Shown: positions 54,152 through 63,878 of the stretch, one piece after another
Layout of the letters: each line of letters starts with the position of its first letter
How positions within the stretch are numbered: position 1 is the first letter of the stretch
Origin: an uncultured Candidatus Saccharibacteria bacterium
GTDB lineage: Bacteria; Patescibacteriota; Saccharimonadia; CAILAD01; JADZBC01
NCBI GenBank assembly: GCA_964413715.1
Contig: CAYPSN010000001.1
Span: forward strand, 135,573-199,572
DNA: 64,000 nucleotides
Direction of reading: 5' to 3'
Made by a program: the position numbers and the translations under genes
The notes under the pieces: model-generated
Told to the model about the DNA's origin: nothing
Databases searched by the model: none
The model's input: only the letters and a program-made list of their open reading frames with translations

Positions 54152-55891
54152 TTATTTGGGCGGCACTTGGTAGTACTTTAGTAGCATTTTTGCCACTGTA
54201 GCAAAGGCCGGCACGGCAGTCTTTTCAGCAAAACCATCGACCTGCGGGTAGTCAATTCGCACTAGCATGACGAACTTGGGGTCCTCGACAGGGGCAAAAC
54301 CAACAAAGCTACCAACGTTTTTACGCTCCTCATACCCGGTACCGTCAGCCTTCGCCACCTGGGCTGTACCGGTTTTACCTGCGATGCTATAGCCTGGCAT
54401 TTTCGTAGCCCAGCCTGACCCCTTTTCAACTACACGTGTCATCATCGAGGCCGTCTCAGCCGCCGCCTGAGGGCTGATAACTTGTGAGTTAATGAGTTTT
54501 GGCTGGCTCTTCTTTACCTTGCCGTCAGCCTGCACTACGCCACCCACAAGGTATGGTTGGTACAACTTGCCGCCATTAGCAATTGCCGTAACTGCCTGAA
54601 CCATCTGCATACTCGTTACAGCAATACCCTGGCCGAATGTCATGTTGGCATAATCAACATCATAAGTGGAAGGCGGCTTTACTCGCACCGAAGCCTCGCC
54701 AGCCTGCTCTATGCCTGTACGCACGCCAAAGCCAAACTTGGCAATATATTGTGAGAACAAGTCTTTGCCGGCCCTGTTAATCTTGCCGCTGTCACCACCA
54801 AGCTGTTTTAAGATAAACACCATGCCAGTATTGAGCGACTTCTGAATGACGTCGTACATATTCTGCACACCGTACTTTTTATTCTCAGCATTGCGGATTG
54901 TCTTGCCGCTCACTTCCACCTCACCAGTGTCGTTATAGGTTGTTTCGGGTGTAATTTTATCTGCATCAAGCGCCGAAGCCATTGTAATTACCTTAAACCC
55001 AGAGCCAGGCTCGTATAAATCAGTCACCGCGCGATTACGAAAAACAGCGTAGTCCTTAACCTTGCCGTATTCATTAGGATTATAGTCGGGATAGTTGACG
55101 AGGGCTTTTACAGCGCCACTACTCGGGTCAACCACCACAATACTGCCCGATTCGGCACGGTTTTCTTGCACGGCTTTCTCCAAAGCCTGAGCAGCCACCA
55201 GCTGAATGCTGCGATCAATCGTAAGCACCACATCCTTACCATTCTTTGGCTCAATAATGGTGTTTTCGTTACTGACAATCGGCACACCCATACTGTCTGT
55301 TGCGGCCTTCAGGAGGCCATTCTTGCCGGTCAGATCTACATTTAGGTACTCCTCGAGGCCATATTGACCATCACCATCACTATTTACATAGCCGATTACG
55401 TGCGAGAGCAAATTGTTTTCTGGATAATAGCGGTAGTCTTTTTGGCGCAACACAACGCCCGGTATCTTTAGCGCTCGAATCTTGCTGGCTTCCTCGCTGC
55501 TTACGCGCTGCTTAAGCTCGATGTAGCGTGATTTTTTGTACGTTAATTGGTCGCGCAGCGTGGTTTCATCTAGGCCAGTGACGCGCGCTAGCTCGCTAGC
55601 TGCTCGTTTGGAATCAGGAATGAATTTCGGGTCAACATAGAGCATGCTCAACTTTTGATTGAGCGCCACTGGGTAGAGCTCGCCGTTTTCGTCCAGATAA
55701 ACCTGGCCCCTGGAAGCTGGGATTTCGAATTTACGTGACTGCTGAGAATTTGCTCGCGCTTCGTAGTCTTGGCCCAAGACTACCTGAACCTGGAAAAGTC
55801 GAAAGACAATTACAACAAGACAACCGCCGAACACGGCGATTGAAAGAAAATTGAGGCGCCTTTTGGCCTGAATTTCGCGCGTAAAACCCAA
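54152..55891 (-). CDS. ftsI: penicillin-binding protein (FtsI/PBP2-type transpeptidase)
   Basis: N-terminal TM; SxxK (SGFK), SxN, KTG(T) motifs. Confidence 0.85.
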   Translation of the reverse strand: MGFTREIQAKRRLNFLSIAVFGGCLVVIVFRLFQVQVVLGQDYEARANSQQSRKFEIPASRGQVYLDENGELYPVALNQKLSMLYVDPKFIPDSKRAASELARVTGLDETTLRDQLTYKKSRYIELKQRVSSEEASKIRALKIPGVVLRQKDYRYYPENNLLSHVIGYVNSDGDGQYGLEEYLNVDLTGKNGLLKAATDSMGVPIVSNENTIIEPKNGKDVVLTIDRSIQLVAAQALEKAVQENRAESGSIVVVDPSSGAVKALVNYPDYNPNEYGKVKDYAVFRNRAVTDLYEPGSGFKVITMASALDADKITPETTYNDTGEVEVSGKTIRNAENKKYGVQNMYDVIQKSLNTGMVFILKQLGGDSGKINRAGKDLFSQYIAKFGFGVRTGIEQAGEASVRVKPPSTYDVDYANMTFGQGIAVTSMQMVQAVTAIANGGKLYQPYLVGGVVQADGKVKKSQPKLINSQVISPQAAAETASMMTRVVEKGSGWATKMPGYSIAGKTGTAQVAKADGTGYEERKNVGSFVGFAPVEDPKFVMLVRIDYPQVDGFAEKTAVPAFATVAKMLLKYYQVPPK

Positions 55892-55905
55892 ATACCCCCC
55901 GTTCT

Positions 55906-56235
55906 TTATTTGGCCTGATCTACATAGGTCACGTTGTCGACAGCGACCATAGACTTAGCAACGTTCGACTCGCGTGCCGCCGATATCGACTGCAAACGTG
56001 CCGCATCAACCTGTAGCTTCTCTTTCTTGGCAAGCAAGTCATCTCGACTAGCAGACAATTGCGACAACTTGTAGTTGAAGGTTGAAGTCTTCGTTACCTG
56101 CGACAGATATAATAATGATAGCAAAATCACCAAGCTAATCAACATAAGGACAATCGTAAAGGGTCCCGATGTGATCTGGGTTTGGTTTCTGGTAAAGTTC
56201 TGGTTTCGACGCATTGCGACCGTTGCGGTAGACAT
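55906..56235 (-). CDS. ftsL: FtsL-like small bitopic cell-division protein
   Basis: position between rsmH and ftsI; TM helix then coiled coil. Confidence 0.6.
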   Translation of the reverse strand: MSTATVAMRRNQNFTRNQTQITSGPFTIVLMLISLVILLSLLYLSQVTKTSTFNYKLSQLSASRDDLLAKKEKLQVDAARLQSISAARESNVAKSMVAVDNVTYVDQAK

Positions 56236-56262
56236 CGTTTCTCCTTTTGTTTTTTAGATAGT

Positions 56263-56400
56263 TTTATTTTTGTTTTTGTTTTTGTGGCGAACTTTTTGGT
56301 AATTACTTAATTACGCGAACTTTGAGCTTAACAGCTCGGCTACGACCTTTTACTTGAACTGACATCGTTATGCCTCCTTTTGTTTTTGTTATTTTGTTTT
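56263..56400. repeat. (TTTTTG)n / (CAAAAA)n low-complexity repeats in the ftsL-rsmH spacer; further copies at 57319..57339 and 57485..57510
   Basis: read directly. Confidence 0.7.
56303..56365 (-). CDS. candidate 20-aa basic micro-ORF MSVQVKGRSRAVKLKVRVIK
   Basis: GGAGGC 5 nt upstream of ATG; too short for the ORF track. Confidence 0.3.
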   Translation of the reverse strand: MSVQVKGRSRAVKLKVRVIK

Positions 56401-57285
56401 CTCAACGGCGCGTAGCTTAGCGCTACGGGCGCGCGGGTTAAAATCTTTTTCATCCAAGCCACTCATGGGCTTTTTGGTAACTAACACACATTCTGGAATT
56501 GACACTTCCCTACCCATGGCATCTTTTTCTGGTGTAACGAGACGCTTGAAGTAGCGCTTTACTATTCGATCCTCTAAAGAATGAAAAGTAATTACCGCTA
56601 GTCTTCCGCCTGGCTTGAGCTGACGAATGGCTGCTGGCAAAACCTCTTCGAGGGCACGCAATTCTTGATTTACTGCGATACGTAGCGCCTGAAACGTGCG
56701 GGTTGCGGGGTGAATTTTACCCCTTCGCCCGATTGCTCGCTCTACCAAATCAGCCAGCTGCAATGTGGAAACAATAGTCCTCACCTTCCTCGCTTCTACT
56801 ATTGCCTTCGCTATCTGCCGACTCTTTCGTTCCTCGCCGTAATGATAGATGATGTCGGCCAACTCGCGTTCGCCCAAGCTGTTTACCAAATCAGCCGCCG
56901 TATCTCCCTGAGTCTGATCCATTCTCATATCAAGCGGACCGTCCTGCATGAAGCTAAAACCACGCTGAGCGTCATCAAGCTGTACCGAGGAAACCCCGAT
57001 ATCAAGCAGAATCATATCAGCACTTGGCAGCTCTAGTTCGGCTAACTCTGCGAAGTTTGCTTGTTTGATGGCCACGTTATCGTGATCAGCAAATCGCTGG
57101 CGCAAGGCCTCGATTGCAACCGAATCTTGATCGACCAAATAGCCGAAGCCACTTGACCCCACCTGTGCAAGCAAACGTGCACTATGGCCACCAAAACCGG
57201 CTGTAAGGTCAATAAAAACCTCACCGCGCTCGGGTCTAAGCACCTCTATCACTCTTTCGAGTAAAACTGGTATGTGTCTTTCCAT
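56389..57285 (-). CDS. rsmH: 16S rRNA (cytosine1402-N4)-methyltransferase
   Basis: MraW family SAM-binding motifs; position after mraZ. Confidence 0.9.
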   Translation of the reverse strand: MERHIPVLLERVIEVLRPERGEVFIDLTAGFGGHSARLLAQVGSSGFGYLVDQDSVAIEALRQRFADHDNVAIKQANFAELAELELPSADMILLDIGVSSVQLDDAQRGFSFMQDGPLDMRMDQTQGDTAADLVNSLGERELADIIYHYGEERKSRQIAKAIVEARKVRTIVSTLQLADLVERAIGRRGKIHPATRTFQALRIAVNQELRALEEVLPAAIRQLKPGGRLAVITFHSLEDRIVKRYFKRLVTPEKDAMGREVSIPECVLVTKKPMSGLDEKDFNPRARSAKLRAVEKTK

Positions 57286-57560
57286 ATGTCAAGGTTACCT
57301 ATTCAGCAGCCAGTTGTCTATTTTTGTTTTTGTTTTTCGAGTAGTAAGCCAACGAGAGAGGTGTTGGCTTGTGTGGCAAGGACTTGTTTTGATTGAATAA
57401 GTCCTTGAAAAGTGTTTGTGAGGTGGAGTTTTGTTGGTACCTGGGGCAATGAAGCGTTCCCCACTGTTCGCTTACTGACTGCCGAATAGCTAACTTTGAT
57501 TTTTGTATTTGTTTTTGTAAAAGTACTGTTTCTAGTCAGGCTAGAAACCCCTCAGCTGCC

Positions 57561-57935
57561 TTACGCTGCGCTTATGCGCCAGTATTTACCAGCGCGCACC
57601 GCTACGACATCACGCTTGATGCCGGCGTAAGCCAAGTGATGAGCTTCTAAAATAACTCTCCCCTGTTTGTTGTCCAGGCTTGCTACCACTTTGCCAGTTC
57701 GAAACTTTACGTTTAAATCAGCTACGTGCTCGTCAAGGATGTTGCCTTGCAATGCTGATTCCATTTCGTTGTCCCAAACTTCTTTCGAGTAAAGGTGCAG
57801 GTAATTTTTAAAACCTTGGGTAATAACAACTTCACTTCCGAATTCCTCGTGCAATTCTTTCGGTATGGTTAACCGATTCTTTTCATCTAGTTTGCGTTGG
57901 AAGAAATCCATTGGTGTTTGTTTTTCCTTACCCAC
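57561..57935 (-). CDS. mraZ: transcriptional regulator MraZ (short form)
   Basis: two MraZ/AbrB-fold half-domains (KNRLTIPKEL, KQGRVILEAHH). Confidence 0.75.
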   Translation of the reverse strand: MGKEKQTPMDFFQRKLDEKNRLTIPKELHEEFGSEVVITQGFKNYLHLYSKEVWDNEMESALQGNILDEHVADLNVKFRTGKVVASLDNKQGRVILEAHHLAYAGIKRDVVAVRAGKYWRISAA

Positions 57936-58123
57936 TTTTACCCACTACAGCTATTATACGCCGCTGCTCTACCCACTGTAAATAGGTTTGAGCCTAATTT
58001 CTTACGATTCGCCTAGAGTGTTTCAGGTTTTTATTAAAGCCAAAACGTCACTATACCGAACACACCATGAACAAATAATTTGTACAATTTCCCTAATGCG
58101 CTTCGAGTCCGTATAATGCAGAT

Positions 58124-58615
58124 ATGAGAAGAAAAAGAATCGACAGTGACTACGTACGCAGCTCGTTTTTCGGGATTGAAGATAGTTTAGTTTCGACTAC
58201 AGGGCTCATAGCAGGGGTAGCCGTCGGCTCACAGAATGCCAAATACGTCATCTTAGCTGGGCTCGTAGGCATTGCTGTAGAAGCCGTTTCTATGGGGGCC
58301 GGAGAATTTTTGGCCGAAGAAACCGAGCACGACTTGGTTAAAAACGACAAAGCCAATCCCCTATTAGGCGGAATCATCATGCTCATTAGCTACGCACTTG
58401 CCGGCCTGGTGCCCCTTCTACCTATTATTCTAATTGGTGGCAAAGAGGCATTACCCGTCAGCATAGTGGCAGCGCTCATTGGCCTCTTCTTGCTCGGTCT
58501 TGCCAAGGGCAAGATTACTGGTCGCAAAGCCCTTCGCAGCGGCCTAGAAGTACTCATAATCGGCGGCATTGCGGCTGGGATCGGCATTGCCGTAGGTGTA
58601 ACCCTTAAGATCTAG
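58124..58615 (+). CDS. VIT1/CCC1-family metal (Fe/Mn) transporter
   Basis: FGIEDSLVSTTGLIAGVAVGS signature; multi-TM. Confidence 0.75.
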   Translation: MRRKRIDSDYVRSSFFGIEDSLVSTTGLIAGVAVGSQNAKYVILAGLVGIAVEAVSMGAGEFLAEETEHDLVKNDKANPLLGGIIMLISYALAGLVPLLPIILIGGKEALPVSIVAALIGLFLLGLAKGKITGRKALRSGLEVLIIGGIAAGIGIAVGVTLKI

Positions 58616-58679
58616 GCATAGTAATTATTGACTATTCATCATTTTTATGCTAATGTAGCATAATTCGCCATCGCGGACC

Positions 58680-59267
58680 TTGGCTACGAAGGACTCGTGG
58701 CAAGAACCTACGGAATCGAGATACATCATGTTCAGTGGACTCACCGACGGAACGTGCGAAGCGGCAGTCGAGCTGATCAAGCCCGTTCTGGAACTCGGGG
58801 CGTTCAAGCGCACCGACGGCCAGCTCATCGTGCTGGACCCCAGCCGCCCCTACACCAAGGACTTCGAGGATCTGGAGAGAGAGATCGCCGCAGGAGACGA
58901 AGAGGCTCTGCGCAAGTTCTGGCTCGAGGTGGTACTCAACGAGTGGGACTTCGGCGACAAGGCCAACTGGGAACACCCCTACGACTTCGTGGCCGCCTCC
59001 AAGGCCTTCATCTCGTGGCGAACCGGCCTGCCCAGCCACATGGTGCAGCAGCTCTACCCGTACCTGTACAAGCAGGGTGACACCAAGTGGGGTGGCAGCA
59101 CTGTCCTCCCCGGTGGCCTCGTGATCGCCTTCTCGGGCGTCGAGTGGTACTACGACCAGATGATCGCCGAGATGATGGGTTCCGCTATCAAGGCGGTCTG
59201 CCTCGCCGGCATGAAGCCGGTGCTGGCAGACGACAGCATCACCTTCCTCGGTGACCATCTCGGCTGA
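58680..59267 (+). CDS. GC-rich hypothetical protein (195 aa from TTG, or 179 aa from ATG 58728)
   Basis: promoter TTGACT-17-TAATGT at 58628..58656; start uncertain. Confidence 0.5.
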   Translation: MATKDSWQEPTESRYIMFSGLTDGTCEAAVELIKPVLELGAFKRTDGQLIVLDPSRPYTKDFEDLEREIAAGDEEALRKFWLEVVLNEWDFGDKANWEHPYDFVAASKAFISWRTGLPSHMVQQLYPYLYKQGDTKWGGSTVLPGGLVIAFSGVEWYYDQMIAEMMGSAIKAVCLAGMKPVLADDSITFLGDHLG

Positions 59268-59286
59268 ACTGCCAGGGCCCTACACC

Positions 59287-59337
59287 AAGAGCCCCGAATG
59301 AGAGCCTTAACGCTCCATCCGGGGCTCTCATTCGTTT
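59287..59337. terminator. bidirectional terminator, AGAGCCCCG family, between convergent gene ends
   Basis: CGAATGAGAGCC...GGCTCTCATTCG plus GAGCCCCG...CGGGGCTC. Confidence 0.7.
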
Positions 59338-59343
59338 AGTCAG

Positions 59344-60702
59344 CTAATTCTCTAGCTTGGCCTTTAGGTAAGCCGGCAGCTCTTCAATCTTAATCCGCTC
59401 TTGCGCCATGGTGTCTCGATCGCGCACCGTCACAGCCTTGTCTTCTAAGCTATCAAAGTCGACCGTTACGCAGTATGGTGTACCAATCTCGTCCTGGCGA
59501 CGGTAGCGGCGGCCAATTGACTGTGTTTCGTCATACTCTAGGCTATATTCGCCGCCTAATGAAGTATAGACTTCCTGGGCAAGACCACTGAGTTCTGGTT
59601 TTTTGCTAAGTGGCAAAATCGCCACCTTAATTGGAGCTAAATCTTTATGAAAACGCATTACAACGCGCTTTTCGCCTTTTACATCCTCTTCGTCGTAGGC
59701 GTCGAGCAGAGCCTGCATAAAGAGTCGGTCAGCACCCACAGAAGTTTCCACTACCCACGGTATTACATGCTCGCCCTTTGATTCATCAAAGTATGTGAGC
59801 TCTTTGCCAGAGTATTTACTATGCCGCGACAGATCCCAATCGCCACGGTTATGAATACCTTCAACTTCCTTAAAGCCAAATGGAAAGTCGTACTCGATAT
59901 CCCAAGCTTCTTTGGCATAGTGAGCTCGCTCATGCGGGCCGTGTTCGCGAAAACGCAGTTTCGTTTTGGTGAAGTAACGTTGGTGCCAAGCCATGCGTCG
60001 CTCTTTCCAATCAGCATAAATATCACCCGCTTGCTCCGGCAACACAAACATCTGCATTTCCATCTGCTCGAACTCCCGCTGGCGGAACAGAAAGTCTCCT
60101 GGCGTTATTTCATTTCGAAACGCCTTACCAATTTGCGCGATACCAAATGGCAACTTCTTGCGAGCTGTATCAACCACATTGGCGAAGTTTGTGTAAATCC
60201 CCTGACACGTCTCACCACGCAGGTAGGCAATTGCCTTATCGCCCTCTACCGCCCCTAGCGAGGTCTGCATGAGTAAATTAAACTCACGTGGGTCAGTCCA
60301 GTCTTCGCCGCCACAGTTTGGACACTTCAGCCCTTTGAGTCCAGCAATTAGCTCATCGTAGTCGGTACTATCAATATCGACCAGCTTATCTGCCCGAAAG
60401 CGCTTCTTGCAGACTTTGCAGTCTACCATTGGGTCACTAAAGCGTTCGGTGTGCCCACTGGCCTCCCATACTCGTGGGTTTTGGATGATTGCGCTATCTA
60501 AGCCAACAATATTCGGGTTACTATTTACCATGGCCTGCCACCACGCGCGCTTCAGGTTGTTTTTGAGCTCTACGCCGTAGGGACCGTAGTCGTAAAATCC
60601 AGCAATACCACCGTAAATTTCACTTGCTTGAAACACAAAGCCGCGCCGCTTGGCATAGCTTACTAACTCTTCCATTGATAAGGTTGGTTTGTTTTGACTC
60701 AT
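59344..60702 (-). CDS. glyQS: glycyl-tRNA synthetase, dimeric archaeal/eukaryotic type
   Basis: class II motifs; 452 aa. Confidence 0.9.
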   Translation of the reverse strand: MSQNKPTLSMEELVSYAKRRGFVFQASEIYGGIAGFYDYGPYGVELKNNLKRAWWQAMVNSNPNIVGLDSAIIQNPRVWEASGHTERFSDPMVDCKVCKKRFRADKLVDIDSTDYDELIAGLKGLKCPNCGGEDWTDPREFNLLMQTSLGAVEGDKAIAYLRGETCQGIYTNFANVVDTARKKLPFGIAQIGKAFRNEITPGDFLFRQREFEQMEMQMFVLPEQAGDIYADWKERRMAWHQRYFTKTKLRFREHGPHERAHYAKEAWDIEYDFPFGFKEVEGIHNRGDWDLSRHSKYSGKELTYFDESKGEHVIPWVVETSVGADRLFMQALLDAYDEEDVKGEKRVVMRFHKDLAPIKVAILPLSKKPELSGLAQEVYTSLGGEYSLEYDETQSIGRRYRRQDEIGTPYCVTVDFDSLEDKAVTVRDRDTMAQERIKIEELPAYLKAKLEN

Positions 60703-60739
60703 AGGCCATATTATACCTTAAAGCCCAACGAGAGTGAAT

Positions 60740-61447
60740 TCAGGCCAGTATCTGCTCTGAACGAAACCGTACGCCGAATTGATAATCATAAAAGCGCTCA
60801 GCCGTAGATTGTGCTTCGAGGGCTAAGTCTACCGCATTCACCACCCTCGCAACTTGGCTCAATGGGTTGCTAAAAATTAAACGCCACAGCTTCAGCTGAT
60901 CGGGCGACATCTTCGCGCTCGCCTCGTCAGTCGGCTGAACGCTTAATTGACCAGACTGCAAAAGCAAATAATAGGCAGTTGTACCGTGATCTGTAGTCAG
61001 CTCGGGGCGATGCCCCATTGGTTGCAGTAAGCGTACGTAAAAATAATGACGAACAAGCTGCGGATCCAGGCCGTTCTGGAGGCCGCTTAAACATTCCAGG
61101 AGCAAATCAAAGACTTCGGGTTGCGGCTCGTCTTCGGGCAAGATTTTATCGCATATTTCTAATAGTAAGTGCGCCAAAGCAAGTTTGCCCAAATCGCCAT
61201 CTGCGGGGTTAAAATACTGCTTGCCCTGAGCCGACGTAATGACGTCTAAGTTTCTGCCCTTTGCCATACGTACATCCGAAACGACGAAGGGTTCTAGGTG
61301 GCCAGCAAGTTTGCTCCGACCTCTTCGTACCCCCTTTGCCACAGCGCGAATCTTACCTAAATCAGGCGACAGAAGTGTGAGAATACGGTCAGCTTCGCCG
61401 AGGCTGTGTCGCCTGAGAAGGATTGCCTCTGTTTTGTAATACGCCAT
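60740..61447 (-). CDS. recO: DNA repair protein RecO
   Basis: N-terminal OB fold MAYYKTEAILLRRHSLGEADRILTLL. Confidence 0.8.
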   Translation of the reverse strand: MAYYKTEAILLRRHSLGEADRILTLLSPDLGKIRAVAKGVRRGRSKLAGHLEPFVVSDVRMAKGRNLDVITSAQGKQYFNPADGDLGKLALAHLLLEICDKILPEDEPQPEVFDLLLECLSGLQNGLDPQLVRHYFYVRLLQPMGHRPELTTDHGTTAYYLLLQSGQLSVQPTDEASAKMSPDQLKLWRLIFSNPLSQVARVVNAVDLALEAQSTAERFYDYQFGVRFRSEQILA

Positions 61448-61456
61448 GGTCCCCTC

Positions 61457-61840
61457 CTAAGAAACTGCAGAGGTGACTTCTTTTAGGACGTGTTCTGGCG
61501 TGACCTTTGACTTGACCAGATACGCTACCACGCCCAGGGCATCGGCAACTTCGTCGTCCATATCTACTTCGGAGCCAGTTAAGTTTGTCAGAATAATAAC
61601 CGGGCAATGCATCGTATCAGGATTCTTACGCAGCTCCTTGAGCACAGCTAAGCCATTTACCTTTGGCAACAAGATGTCGAGCAGCACAACATCAGGAGTA
61701 TGCTCAGCCACTACCTGCTTGGCTTCATGGGCATCATGCGCCAACAGCACTTCATAGCCAGCTAGCTCCAGCTTCAGCTTATACATACGCGCCAAAAGCT
61801 GATCGTCTTCGATCATGAGAATTTTCTTCTTTCTAGCCAT
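61457..61840 (-). CDS. single-domain response regulator (receiver only), paralogue of 34707..35162
   Basis: ILMIEDD...LLDILLP...YLVKSKVTPEHV. Confidence 0.8.
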   Translation of the reverse strand: MARKKKILMIEDDQLLARMYKLKLELAGYEVLLAHDAHEAKQVVAEHTPDVVLLDILLPKVNGLAVLKELRKNPDTMHCPVIILTNLTGSEVDMDDEVADALGVVAYLVKSKVTPEHVLKEVTSAVS

Positions 61841-61866
61841 ACCCCTCCCGACTTCTTATGCTTAGC

Positions 61867-62577
61867 TTAGCGCAGTTCAGCGCTAACATCAACCAAGCTC
61901 ATCTGCTGGATGATTGCCAAGTGTAGATGAACGCTCCTGCGCCGCACATGCTGGCGAGTCACCATACGCGCGCCAGCACTTCGTAGCAACACAAAGCCTG
62001 TGGCGAGCGACATAAACTCGCCAGGCGCCAAAGGATACCGATCAGACCCCAGGCGCGTCAATTGGCAGAGGTATTCATACTGTTCTCGATTAACTCTCTG
62101 CCAATCCAAGTGCACAATCAGATCCGTCTTGCGCTGCTCAAAACGCACCACAACCCGCCGTGCATTCGGCTGCGTAAACTGCCGAACCATCAGTAGTAGT
62201 CCCTCGCTCAGAGCATCATAGCCCACCATGACCAGCGGCAACGGTCGCTTGCGCAAACCTACAAATCGTATGCCCGTTGCTGCAGACAAGCGGGCGAACA
62301 ATTCGTCCAGACGCCCCGGCGATAACTCAGCGGATGCATTGTAGTGTTTTTGCGCCAGCGCAATGCTCCGCATTACATGCTGCGCACGCTCAGCAGCAGT
62401 TTGCGCATCCCGTATGATTGTCGGGTGCAGCTTGCGATAGCTGGTGTCACCAAGCATGTCAAGATAGCCATGAATAGCACTCAGTGGACTTTGTGCGTAA
62501 TGGCTCATCCAATGCAAATAACCTCCATACGATGCGGTGGAGGTTATTGCTATTTTGTTCACCCTGCCCTGCTTCAT
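61867..62577 (-). CDS. histidine-kinase-like protein: HisKA H-box (HYAQSPLSAIHGYLDML), degenerate ATPase domain
   Basis: H-box recognisable; N/G boxes not; adjacent to response regulator. Confidence 0.55.
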   Translation of the reverse strand: MKQGRVNKIAITSTASYGGYLHWMSHYAQSPLSAIHGYLDMLGDTSYRKLHPTIIRDAQTAAERAQHVMRSIALAQKHYNASAELSPGRLDELFARLSAATGIRFVGLRKRPLPLVMVGYDALSEGLLLMVRQFTQPNARRVVVRFEQRKTDLIVHLDWQRVNREQYEYLCQLTRLGSDRYPLAPGEFMSLATGFVLLRSAGARMVTRQHVRRRSVHLHLAIIQQMSLVDVSAELR

Positions 62578-62626
62578 GCTTATACGCTACGTTCTTTACG
62601 GACGCGAGGCAAGCATAAGCGGAGTC

Positions 62627-63331
62627 TTACGGAATAAGCTTGGCAGTTTGAAGCATTTGATTGTAGGCGTCAGCATAGTTTTTGTTGTTGTCGGTCTGTA
62701 GAAGCATCGTCTTGTCACGCAATGGCACAATTGTGGCGGTACCAACTGCATCTTTTGCATCTTTATTGATTTTGCCAACATACTGATAGCCTTTTATACC
62801 TGATACTTCTACTTCTGTTCGCTTAGCGCCCTTATTGGCAAACTCATCGTATTCCTTTTTCATTGATTCAAACGACTTGTCTACTAGTGTAAAGCGTAAA
62901 GCATGCTCGTCGGCGATCTGGCTAACATAGTCTGGGTCAATCAAGCCATCAACCGGCTTTGAAGAAGTAGAATCGACCGAGAGGTTCCAGGCCTTAGGAA
63001 AGGTAATTTGAAAACTACCATTTACCACCGGCGCAGTGTAGGTTCTGGTGCTACTAATAGTGGCTTTATTATAAGCAACGGTGTCGGCCTCTTTCTGTGC
63101 CGCCTTACCATCGCTCACGCCTTCGTTGTAGCGCGCATCCAAAGCTGCCGAGGTAGTCGATGCCCCCGCTGCAAACACCAGAGTCGTGATAAGCAAAATA
63201 ACCGCGACGATACTTACGCCTATCAGCATAAGTTTGGTGCGTTTTAGTTTCTCGATCGACGGTTTACCCTGGGGCTCAACCGGCATTGGTTGAGGAACTG
63301 GGCCCATCATCATGGGGTCTTGTGGGGGCAT
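62627..63331 (-). CDS. membrane-anchored Pro-rich N-terminus extracytoplasmic protein
   Basis: single TM after Pro-rich N-terminus. Confidence 0.5.
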   Translation of the reverse strand: MPPQDPMMMGPVPQPMPVEPQGKPSIEKLKRTKLMLIGVSIVAVILLITTLVFAAGASTTSAALDARYNEGVSDGKAAQKEADTVAYNKATISSTRTYTAPVVNGSFQITFPKAWNLSVDSTSSKPVDGLIDPDYVSQIADEHALRFTLVDKSFESMKKEYDEFANKGAKRTEVEVSGIKGYQYVGKINKDAKDAVGTATIVPLRDKTMLLQTDNNKNYADAYNQMLQTAKLIP

Positions 63332-63337
63332 ATTCTC

Positions 63338-63862
63338 CTAGCCTTTCTTTAATGTATCCTGGCCAGGCTCCCAATCCACCGGGCAGAGTCCGCCAGTCTG
63401 CAACGCTTTAACTACTCGCAAAGTCTCTTCGACACTACGACCAACATTTCCATCTGAAACTACGATGTAGCGCAAGTTCCCTTCTGGATCAACGATGAAG
63501 GTTCCGCGCTCAGCTGTACCGTCGCTTTCATTCAGCACTTCGTAGTCACGTGCCAATGTATGGGCCGTGTCGGCTAGTATCGGGAATTTCACCTCGGCTA
63601 GGTCTCTCTCGAACCAAGCCTTGTGTGAGTGAACACTATCAGTCGATGCTGCAAGTACTACCGTGTCGACTTTTTCAAATTCCTTTTCAGCTTTAGCAAA
63701 ACCTTTGATCTCAGTTGGGCAAACAAAGGTAAAGTCTCTTGGGTAAAAGAACAATACTACCCACTTCCCCTTATAGTCGTTAAGACTAATTTCGGTAAAG
63801 TCCTTGCCCGAAACGTAGGCTGGTTGTTTAAATTCTGGTGCTGGTTGATTTAGTTTTAACAT
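63338..63862 (-). CDS. peroxiredoxin (AhpC/TSA/Bcp family)
   Basis: FTFVCPTE peroxidatic-Cys motif. Confidence 0.85.
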   Translation of the reverse strand: MLKLNQPAPEFKQPAYVSGKDFTEISLNDYKGKWVVLFFYPRDFTFVCPTEIKGFAKAEKEFEKVDTVVLAASTDSVHSHKAWFERDLAEVKFPILADTAHTLARDYEVLNESDGTAERGTFIVDPEGNLRYIVVSDGNVGRSVEETLRVVKALQTGGLCPVDWEPGQDTLKKG

Positions 63863-63878
63863 ATTACAACTCCTTTCT

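Noticed and set aside
56263-57510. TTTTTG repeat blocks as a possible CRISPR array
   Set aside because: Units are 6-nt low-complexity tracts, not 25-40-nt repeats separated by unique spacers. No cas genes.
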